From the NCBI GenBank assembly GCA_002633005.1, contig NMRA01000172.1:555871-619870 (forward strand): a DNA stretch of 64,000 bases, written 5' to 3'. The notes below the pieces were generated by a model that saw only the letters and a list, made by a program, of their open reading frames with translations, was not told the DNA's origin and did no database searches. Positions 26,701-38,700 of this stretch are shown here, one piece after another. How positions within the stretch are numbered: position 1 is the first letter of the stretch; each line of letters begins with the position of its first letter. Source of the stretch: Phoronis australis. Lineage: Eukaryota > Animalia > Phoronida. Both the position numbers and the translations under genes were made by a program.

Positions 26701-29700
26701 TACAAAATATGCAGGGCACAATAAAAAGAGTAAAGCCCAGAAAAGGCTGGAAAGGAATTTATTTGAACTTGATATAGAAAACAGCTTTTCAAAGCTTAGC
26801 AGAAATCATATTCATCATCAACGGGGACATGAACTGGGTATCAACTCATGGCCACATTATTTAAAAGAAAACATGTAGAGTTGGGATCCTAATTTCACAC
26901 GATTGCTCTGCGGGCTCTTCAGACAGCTTCTGAAGGGAGACCAATCACAAAACTTGATTATGTCTTGTTTTACACACACAGTCACTCAGGTTTCAAGTTG
27001 ACAGTTTTGACTCGACACAATTAACATTATATTATTACGTGGTTTTCAACGCAAGATAATTTACAGCCTCCACTTACCATACAACAGGAGCACCCGTGTG
27101 TAAATACTGCATATAGGGCAGCAAGTGCGGGTCACATGACCAACAGGAAGTGCTAAAGAGCATGCCCAGATGAAGTGTGGGACTAGACACACCTACAAAA
27201 TCAACAATAATTAATAACAAAATTCTAGCATTAATCTTGTTGCATAAGACTACACTGATAACAATGGGAGACTAAAAGGCCCAAGGCGGAAAAAAAACAC
27301 TGCTCATCAAGATACCCAGATTTACTTAAGACGAAATTTTATCAAAATTATCATCAACATCTGTTGGTATGAAATGAAACATGAAGAAGAAAGAATGAAC
27401 ATAAAAACAAGCATTAGATCTCAGCCAGCTTAACTAGTCTAATGTAACCATTTAAAAGCTATACCTTTGACAGGACCCAGATGTCTGAGTACACAACTCT
27501 TGTGTTGTGACAGAACATTGTAATTCCACAGATGTCTGAAACAAATAAACAACACAATCATGCCAGGTAGTTTTCTAGAATCTCAAAGGAGAGATGCAAA
27601 CTAAATATTATCGATTCACCTCAGACTTGCACACAGCAGCAATCTTTAAGATTTTGTAGAAAAAAGTTCAAAATTGTCTAACTTCGGAACATTGCACCTC
27701 AGAAACTGCTCGTTGCATTCATAATGAAACTCCCAAATACTATAATTTGTGACTATTATCCATTATATATATTTCATAACAAAGGCCACAGGCCCAAAGT
27801 ACAAAGTTACTAATAGTCAAGTATTACAAAGTATCGCCCTTCTCTTCAATGCTAAATAGACAAATTTTGAAGTGTAGATAATGTGGATCACTTAAGCAAG
27901 TTGATGGACCTATGCAGAGTAGAGAAATTCCAAGAATGACAACCAAAATAGATATTTCTAAGGTTTGAGTAATCCGCTCATACTCCATTAAAAAACAAAA
28001 TTCAACTTCAATGGTATTGCTTAATTTAGTAATTCTTTCACTGTATTCAAAGCCCACATGGCGACCAGTTTCTACGAAAAGACAGTGGTTTGCACAACGA
28101 AATCAGGTCATTTCAGGAATGAAGTACCAACTTAAGGTAAATAATTTCCATAATCAGCTTACAACAATCTAAAAAGAAATTCAGTATAGAGTTTGTTGCC
28201 AAATCTGATCGCCAGCCCTGCAAATAAAAATCTTTGATGTGCTGAGAGAAAATCTTGATAAAGCTCACCAAACCCCATGAAACTCATAGGGATCCAGCAA
28301 ACTGTGATTTGATCTAAGAATGCTGCCATATATACGTGCTTTTAAAATGATCCACTTGTGCACAAGTCACTATCAAATAACAGTTTGCAGCCAAGAGTAT
28401 CTACTTTAACAGGCTAATGATCAGTGGATGCATTGTGACACACTAGTTCACTGTGTGAAAATATGTCAGGTAGTCACGTTGTAAAGTTCCGACCACTCAT
28501 TGTTACTTGTTGTTGCACTACGTTTTTAACATCCACAGTACTGCAAAGTGTTTCTGACGTTTTAGGAACTTCAACACAGAAAACTAAGCACAACTCTAGC
28601 TGGCTACGGGGTGATCAACAAACAATGCTATGACTCAACACTAGCAACCTAAAGTGCAATGGAAGGGTATAGATAACTTACTTGGAGTGTGCTCCTTTAC
28701 TTGGAAACGCGCTACCACAGGCAGCAGTGTCCACATGGCCACACTGTACAGCCACATGACAGTCACACTTGTTGACATATCCCCAGTACTGGTCCTATTA
28801 AAGACATACACCACATAAGACTGAGGTCTCAACACTCACCTCCCAACAAAAACAAATGAGGGACAAAGAGGTCAATTCAGAATGTGCTCAAACTAAGCTT
28901 CACATGATGCCTTGTAACGTGCTAAGGTTGTTCAATAATTGGCCCATGACAAATTTGTACTGAAAAATGTGTTGCTAGTATAGTGACATTGCACAGCACT
29001 TGTCAAAATGGTTCGAAACTTAAGTTACAAAGGGGCCAGAGGCAGTTATGCATAGTTTTATTCAAATGTTTCATAAAAATCCAAGACACAAAAGTAAAAA
29101 AATATCTATTAAAAAACTAAAACTGTCCAACTTGGATACAAAGGAATACAGTGCAGTACACTAAGAAGATTGTTTCTTCTATAAAGTCTAGTGACAATGC
29201 TGACTTAGGACACAAGCCCTCGCACTTTGAGCTCTTTAGGTGAAAACACTGTGTAATTTGAAAGATTATCAAAAAAACTGACAATGTGTGGAACTTATTT
29301 TTTAAGGTGTCTGAGTAAAAATCACAGAAATTAAATGCATAACAAATAGTGCGTTTAATGTCGTGTCTCATACCGTATTGTTTGCTTCATAACAAAGCAT
29401 TCAACAATAGTTTGCAATCTTTCTTGTTTTCGTTATACATAAATTTCATAGGAGTAACAAATTTGTAGTCCAATATGACTGATAAGCAGAGGTTTGGACG
29501 TGGCCCCTCACCTCAATGTCCTCGGGTGTTGCCTGTTCCTTCAGCCATGCCGCTTGTGTCATCTCTGCTGCACGGAAGAAGTTGGCCAGGGACATGGAAC
29601 GACCCTGGCAGGCAATGAGCAAATACAGATGTGACAAAACAGTATCCAGTAAAAACAACCGTCAGCCCTTCAGCAGCAAGTTCACTGCAGATCTAATACT

Positions 29701-32700
29701 GACCATAGTTATCTAGCCGTGAGTTCAAATTAACACGCAAAACAGTGGAACTCTGTATAATGAAAAAAAATTGCAGAGAAAGAAAGCAAATCCAAGTTGC
29801 CAATTCGAGAAAATATTTCTGGTTTTTGGTGTCATAGCACATTGAGAAAAAATCAGGTTTAAACAAAAAAATTGAAAAGTAGACACACAAACAATGAAGT
29901 AGTGTGATTCTTAATTGCCTGATCATGTGTTCTGACATTTTGATAACCAAAAATCTAAAAGCAACACGCCAAGAGAGTCAATCCACAGTAAATTTTTACT
30001 TGGTAGTGAACAACTACACCTCTTGAAATTTATATCAGAAATTCCAGACATCTCACATTGTCTTCTATACATACACAAAAAATATATATGAAAATGTTCA
30101 GATAGCTCTACTAATACCAGGAGCTTGACATTTAGCTCCAGTGGAATTACAAGTTCACATTCAGAAACAACTATTTTTGCTTTAATTTACTATCCGTCAT
30201 TACCGTAATTTCCATCTTTCCTCACTAAGTTCTAGTAACGCAACTCACCTTACTGACACACACACCATCAAACAAATTTCTATTCTGTTCCCGTTCTGCT
30301 ATCACTTGATTCCTGATTTTAGTGACCTCTTCAGGTGGAAGGGTGGCATACGACAGTAAATACTTGCAGTAGGCACTATACAGCTTTGCACTGCGATCGT
30401 GAGCCTGGGTAAACAAGGGGTCATCAATATACAACAGCTCGCTAAGTCAAGATCTGCTTTCCAGCAGGGCTTTCTAATAAGATGACAAGTCAAACAAACT
30501 AAACACGATTTATTGCACAGTGTGTCAATGAAAGTAGCACCACCAGCCAAAGTAACAGATGAGTGTAGTCACGTGGTGAAAACAAACGTCCACGAATGAC
30601 CTAATAGACATTTTCTTTGGACGTTAAATACGACCTTTGGTGCATTTTGAGGCAGAATGGTTAAAGATGTGCATGGGCGGTGAGTACATCAAACAGCAAA
30701 CACCCTATCATTTCTAAAATCAGTTAGTCTATATCCACAAGACCTCTAATAAATTTACATTGGCCCGACCTTTTGGTCGTTCATTTCTTCAGTCATCTTC
30801 AGGTGTTACAGCATTCTTAGAAGAACGAGGCAGCGTGGTTGTACAGCAAGCTTTGGTGTTTAAATAATGATACAAGCGAACACTTAGGAGTGGGTTTCAG
30901 AATGAGCCATGGCAGAGACAAGAAAACAAATTGCTTTTTGGCCAATTTTAAAGATATTTCTTACTTTGACTTATGTTAAGAGACATATTAATAAAATTAT
31001 GCTCAACATCTTTGGAATCTATAGCTTGTACGTAAATTTATGATTTGCATGCCCTCCGTGCAGACAGAATATGGGAAAGTCCATAACAGTTGACAGCCCC
31101 ATCACCTTCCTAGAGACAAAAAGTACAAAATGAACATACCACAACAGGCAGTCCAAGAGCATCAGCGACCTTGACCCACTTTTTCTTGTCAATCACTTTC
31201 TGCATCCCGCCCATTTCCTGGATGATCTCATTGCACTTGGCCAAGTCTAACTCTACGCCAGCCACCTAAAGGTTGTACAGTCATGTGGAACAAACTATCT
31301 GCATTTTTCATTCAAATTAGAAGTAGATACAATTCTCAGTATACAAGAAGACTCAAATTATGCATAGTCTGTACCTTTCCATAAACAAGTATTTGAGGAA
31401 GCAACATTGCTATTTTTGATTAAGGATACAAAGTATTGTGATTAACATTGGACATTGAAGCGCCTCATATTTATGAAGAGTAAAATACTTACTACAGGCG
31501 GATGCTCGAGTTTGATCCCCTGGCCCTGTAGATGTCGCCGGATGCACTCTGTTTCTAGAACATTAGAACCCCACCTGTGCTGCATTCTGTGTACATACTG
31601 CACTTGACTGGTAAAGCGCATATCTTCCTGTACGTGACATTCAGGCTGAAGCAATCAAACTATTTGGTTGGTAACAATACACATTAGAATTCAAATAAAG
31701 GAACAAAAATGTGGTGTTATTTGTCTCAGAAGAAGTAACTTGTTCGTTCTAACAAGAAAATCTAACACCAATCAAATTCAGTTATTACTTGAAATTCTTC
31801 TTAAGTTGGGTACACAACAACAATACAAATGATAGGTTCATAGATAGTACCTTGATACCAAGTCTTCATTTTTAGCTCGTTAAGCCTCACCTTCCATCCA
31901 CAAGGTGGTACAATCTTGCACATTCCAAACTGTTCGGCCTGTTCCCGTATTGACTCAATGTAGACCAGAGGGTCATGGAACTCATCTATGGTAGGACTAA
32001 AAGTAGTGAATTTAGCATAGTTTGTAAAATGCCTCCAACTTTCCAATGACATAACACTTTCAATTGTGACATTTGCACGAAAGACATTCTTCAGTAAAGG
32101 TATCCAAATACATGCAATCTGTTCAGTGCAGGACCAAATGCTCACCCAGAATTTGTCAGCAAGCGTATAGACTACTTCATAGAGACAAATTATGTGACAT
32201 AAACTGTAAACTTTATGCATCAAAGAACAGTAATTTGACCATGGGTATTGAACAGAAGTGAAAATGGTCATCAGCCATGTCATATTATTGACTTTAACAA
32301 ATTCCTTTTAAATAAGTACAATGTGTTCTATAGCATTTGTGGCACTGAACAGGAATTACAAGATAACTTACTGAAAGGTGGGCAAAGGAATACAGCACTT
32401 AACCACATTCTCTTCTCTTTCCACTTTGGGAGAGGTGGCAGTTTTTCTGACCTTTGATCTTCTGACCTTCTTAGAAGGCGAAACAGACCCTGGTAGTTCC
32501 ATTGACTCACTCTGCACATTTTCTGACAAAACAGTCCGAGTAGAATTCCCTTTTCTCCGTCTCTTCTTCAGCGATTTAGGAGCAGATGACACAACATCAG
32601 CTGAGAACATTCCCTCGCCAGACACGTCATTGATGATTGGGCTTTTGAAGCTTATCTCGCCATCACCGGAATCAACATGGCAAACAGTGCTGCGAAGACG

Positions 32701-35700
32701 ACGCTTCATACCAGATTCTGTTGCGTAGTCTATATCATCACTAACATCCCCACTTGACTTTGAGTTTTCCCTCCCTAAGAACTCCCCAGAGATTTTCTTC
32801 ATTTTCCCATGTAAAACACTGACCGCTAACTTTGTCTGCTTTATCACTGGTGTGTTATCACTAAGCACAACAGTGGCACATAATTTTCTTTTCCTCATTG
32901 TCCTCGAGTCTGTAACATTAGTGGCAGACTTGTGACTTTTGATTGCCTTGGCCTTTTTAGCCAGTTTCCTTGCCCTTAACATTGCAGCTCCTCTGCTGGG
33001 CTGAATACGATTTGATTGGCTGAGACTGACTGCTGAGGGAGATAGAGGCGGCATTGACCTTTCAACTGGAGTAACAGGGGATGCGTTCCTCCACTTGAAC
33101 CGGGGCTTGTTAGGTTTGGTTATAGTTTCTTTAGGCTAAAAAAAAACACATAAAGCACTTCAATCTTTGGGTTACTGATGCAATGCAAAAACCCTGTCAG
33201 CTGTTTACAGATAAACAGAATGTCCTCATGCTTGGCATAATGAATTGATGAATATCTAATCTATTAGTTACATGTAAACAGTCTCAAGTTCCTTGTGCAC
33301 AAATAAATCAGATATTATGGGCTCTCCTGACGCCAAAACTTTGAAGTACTTGGGAAGACATCGGCTAACATCAAAGTGATAATCTTAAAAGTAAAATAAA
33401 ATTACCCACACCTGAACTGAAACACACTTGTAAATTAAAAAGCAACAAACCCTGTTTCTCAGACTTTGTTCCCTGCCAGATACCAAATTTTCAAATTTAA
33501 AAATAACTGATAATGGAAAGCAAGTGAATAAAACTAATAATTCCAGCAATTCATGACAAGGGAACTTGTAAACATGACACTCTGTCATTTTTGTCTCACA
33601 ACCATTAGTTGCTAATGAAAGGGTCACTTGCAATACATCTCAACGATATATGGAGAATAACGATGTAAAAGTGCCGGTCACTGATAAAAGTATCTAGCAT
33701 TACCCAAAAATCAGCTGAAAATATGCCTGGACAAACAAAAACACTAGACCTCCACCTGACAATGAAATCGTTCAAGTGCAGTCAAACTGTGTGGAAGTAG
33801 TTTACCACAGCGGCTGGTCTTGTAAACATACGGTGTGGAGCAACTACTGGTACCTATGGTACCTGCTTCAGACATATCAATGGGCTGGCTTATTCTATGG
33901 CTCAAAGACTTGATATCAAGGACATGCCATAGTGTGGAACATTTTGTTAGCTTCCCTCAGACCCATTTTGATAACGTGGTTTAAATGCGAACAGTTAGTA
34001 AAATTTGATCAGAAACACACCATACAGCCGTAGCACGCATGCTAGACTTTTGCTACATCAGCGATGCACTGGTGTTTCCAACACAGCAGTAACTATGAGG
34101 GGCATGAATGACTGCACTGGAACTATCTATTTACTCATGCTCGACAGTCAAGCAAAACAAGTTAGTTATAAAACAAAATTTTCTCTCCAGTCATAGGGCC
34201 AAGAACAACTAATAGGTGACAACTTTAGTCCGAGAACCTGTCCACTGCCATTGTGTTAGAATACCCATCAAAGTAACATGTGAAAGTTGTCATTACAGAA
34301 ACAAGTGAAAAAGAAAAAGAAGTTACCAAATTGAAGGTGAAAATGCCGGGGGCGGAGAGAGAGGGAGGAAGGGGGTACAGTTGGATGCAGGGGCTCTTCA
34401 CTTGCCAAATGCTGCAGATTGGAAGAGGTGCGGATAAAACACTGCTGACAGCTGCTTCACGGCCAGATGTTACCACGTTCTCTGTAGTAGTGGAGGTGGT
34501 GTTGGTAGTTACGTTGTCTGTTGACAGGTGGCATTTAGCATCCATCTCATCTATCGATGACATGTTGCTGGTTGTTGTCAAGGTATCAGCAGTCACAACG
34601 CTGTTCCTTGTTTCCACATTGGATGTCAATGTCATATTGCTTGTTGATGATGTCTTCAATGAATCAGTCTTGTTAGCTATCCTGTCAAGTGTCACAGCAC
34701 AGTCTGCTGACAGTTTACTGTCGGTCATCACAACCTCGTCTGCTCTAGTTATGCCCTTGTCCGTCTCAAACCCACATGTAAGACATCTATTGTCCAACTT
34801 GGACTCTGAGATCTTCAACCTCTCTAAGAACACCTGACAGTCCCTGATATCAACATCATGACTTCCAACCTTGTCTTTAATTAAATTCTCTCCAAGACTG
34901 CCCACGTCTACAGAGGCACTGCACGAGCTCTTCTTTACACCATTGTGTTTTGCCAAGGTTTTCAGCGCAGCCAAGTCTGTCAACTGGTCAGCAGAGACAG
35001 GATATCCATCAACTTCATCACCTTGCCCAACATTGCTTCTTTTACTACTTGACAAGTCAGGTGCCGTTGACTGCCCTGAGGCCATAACTTCAGCTTCAGA
35101 TTGAAAAACGTGCTTTTTTCTTGGTTCACTGGCAGCACATCGCATTAACCTGGTATTGGAAGACTGTTGTTGGAGAAGTGTAGCTGCCGCCTGGTTGTAG
35201 TCAGAGATAAGAGGATTGAGAATCTGGTTTCCGGCGTTAATCAAGTTTTTACCATCGCTAAAGTGGACAGTAGTATGGTGCTGGAGAATAATGAAAAGGT
35301 GGTGAGAGTCGGATAGCTGGGTCTCTGATTTGAAAGTGATTTGAGCACCAGTTGCTACTACAGTATACTGGGCATTAGTCATTGGAAGTAACTAGTCCTC
35401 TAATCAATGACCCAACTATCTGTGGTTAGCGCCACATGAGTTACAAAGAGCAAGAGACACGCACGATCTAAATTGGGAATGTTTAAAGAATGATTACAAA
35501 ACATAAAATGATTCACACACATGCATAACATTCTGATGTTTACACCATTATGGGATTTTAGTAGCACAACTGAAAGCCAGAGTATGTAACTATGTTAAGG
35601 CCTGTCAATCATGCATCCTGATCATACGACATGGATCTAATAACAGTAATTCTACCACGTGACAGTTTGTGTAACCAAAAGCAAGGAAGAGATCAATAGA

Positions 35701-38700
35701 GCAGAAAATAATTGATAAGGTGAAAGGTCAAAAGTTTTGCTAAAAGAAAGCCAGCAGTCAATACAAAAACCCTCACTGTAACACAAAATAGATTTTCACA
35801 GAAAAAGCAAGCTGATCAACCACCGAGGAACCTACGAGTGGCTTAACTCCAAGATCTGTTTCTCTGCTTGTAGAAGTGCTGGCTTTCTTCCACAATCTGA
35901 CTTTCGACTGGGGTGTGGCTGGGCGACTGTCACTCCCCCTGCTGGTGCTGGGGGTTTCTGGGTAGTTGAAGAACTCTAGGCGTGGTGGAAGAACATCAGT
36001 ACCTAAATGAAGCACAAATAAGACACTGCAACACGACAAAGACTTGATGCATGATCCATGATGATGACATACCACATTGAATGCAAGCCTAAATCAAGAC
36101 AAGAACTTGAAACTAAATTCTCAAAACTGAAAACTCAGACAGACTGTCTTGATTACATCCACATCAGCAAAATCTGATTTAAAAAGTGCAGTGTACTAGC
36201 ATTTTAATGAATAAATGAAGCCAACGCAGACAAATTTATGGAAAATTTTACTTCAAATAACCTTATAAATAGAGAAGGTCATTCGAAAAAGAAAACAATG
36301 TATCATCACCATAATAGCACAGTATTGGATGGAAAGAGTGAGTTTCAACAATCAGAGAAATTTTAATTTATCAATTGGTTATTTCATTCATTTTCCCCAA
36401 AGTAATACAAAGTAGTATAAATACAAAATGAGGGTATGATAGGCACTACTGCTATGTTAAGATGTGCAAAAAACAGTAAGTAACATCAGATTCTAACAAC
36501 AGCCAATTATTTTGAGGACACTGGCTCATATGTGGTAACAAGGTGTTCATTCATTGGCAACAGCATGCTGTATGTGTGACTGGTATGGCCAGACTGTATC
36601 ACACAGCATGCTGCATGTGTTTGAGTTGATGTGATTGGTATTGCACGACCACATCACAGAGCATGCTACATGTGTTTTGAGTTGACATGACTGGTATGAC
36701 ATCACACAGCATACTGCATGTGTTTGACTTGACGTGACTGATATACCATAACCACACCCCATTGCATCAAAACACCCACAGCAGCAGTCGTTGTTAATGA
36801 GTTGTTGTCCACATAATTAGAGAACTAAAATGTAACTTGTAAACATTGAAATTGTAAAACGAACACTCCAACTTCCATGAAATGTCTACTTAACAAGCCA
36901 AAACAGTACCACAGAATTTTGCATGGGACTGCTAATGATGCGATTCCTAGAGTTACCTCGCAAGCACAAAAATGTCAAGAAATCTTCAGTCTTTGCCTTC
37001 TTCCCACGGGTAATGTCCTTCTTCTCATTGTTGGGTGAGGCCCTCATCTTAACTGGAGTCAGACTGGGACTTGGTGTGGCGAAGGGTACTGCATTCTGGG
37101 CAAATTTGCGTTGAGCGTGCACTTTGGCCTTGAACAAGCTGAAACAAGCACGCTACGCTGTATATAATATTACATATCTGATTGATTACCATGCCATTTT
37201 TACTCGTTAACAGCAATTATACCTGCTTGTTTTATGACGGGCTGCTTATTCACTCTGTGCAACCTTCCAGTGACTATGTCCTATCTATAAGCCTAGTTTT
37301 AATTACTAAGTACAATAAAGTTTTTTGTACCAAAAAATGCTTGTGAGGACAAGCTGAAATTAAAAAGTTCAAAATGAAACAAACCAAGATTAACAGTTGT
37401 AGGGAATGTTTCCTTTGAGCCAGTGATTGCACCCTATTCAACCCATGATCATACCATATGTCATTAGGTATGCCAACTTGACCTAGAAATGAACAGAAAC
37501 AATGAAGTCCACCTCAAAACATGAGTGGACTCAATGGTGTAGAAATATGCCACAGCAGGTGTCTTCACGAGAAATTTGCTTTTACTACAGAGGACGTCGT
37601 GTCAAGATTATAGAACCCCAGCCTTGAGTCAAGTTTTTATTTCAGAGGACCTTGTGTCAAGTTTTTAGTCCATAGGCACCGTGTCAAGTTTGGTACAGTA
37701 GTAGAATGACTAAAAAGCCGTGTATGACCAAAATATTGCATGACAAATGGCAGAAACACTTCCTGTAGGGGAAGATAATGTTTAGGGAGAAATCTTAATT
37801 TAAAATATATAGACCTGAACATTCTCAGAAGTGACTCAGTCAGCAGAAACATGATATGGAAAACTGATTGTTGGGCTCACAAAGCAAGTTCAATAACTGA
37901 CAAGTACATAATATTGACAGGTTCTTCATACACAGCCAATGAATTAAAAACAAGTTAACATTTTTGGCTGTGGATTCTACAGCCTTTAACAAAGTAATGA
38001 TGTTGTGAGCGGGTTGGATGCTGTTGGGCTGACAACAGGAATTCACTTTCGGTTGCTATATATGGCTAATACTGGCAAAGGAAAATAATAAACACTGTGA
38101 TATGCCTACTGAAATTTGCATATGATATAACCAAAACTGAATTTTGCTTTCCCCTGTAGGGTATATTAATGGTGCATAAAATAATTTTCACAATTACCTC
38201 TGTTCATGTTTATTCAAATGCTGAGTGACAGGCTTCTCCACAGGCACAGATGCCACCTTCGCTTTCTTTTTCTCTGTCTTGACAAGTCGGCTGCGCAACA
38301 CTTTGGGTGAAAACTTCTTTTTCCTTTTTTTCTTCTTCTTAGGAGCTTTCTCTGTGGCAGAGGTTGATGACATAGTCGTACTAAAAGAGGGAGATTCTCT
38401 AACAGGTTGCTTTTGTACAGGCTTCAGTGAGTCAGGAGGAAGTTCAGGAGTAGCCTGTCGGGAAGGTCGACGACTCTCCTGCAGTGACGCATACAGTGCC
38501 CTCTTCAGTTCGTTTTCCTCTTGCCATGACAGCCCCGTGGCACCATCCTGTAAAGCAAGAAAAATTTGCAATTGAGGTTGATTTCTTGTAACATAGGTTT
38601 TAAAAAATATCAACTGGCTAATATGAAAACATGGCCATAAAACTGTAGGCAAAATGCAGAGATCACCACTAACATATATCAAATTGTGGAAGACGGAAAA

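Noticed and set aside
25316-31996. Active KDM5-type histone demethylase
   Set aside because: JmjC has SCWSCD in place of the HxE iron ligands, no PHD fingers are seen, and JARID2-specific N-terminal motifs are present.
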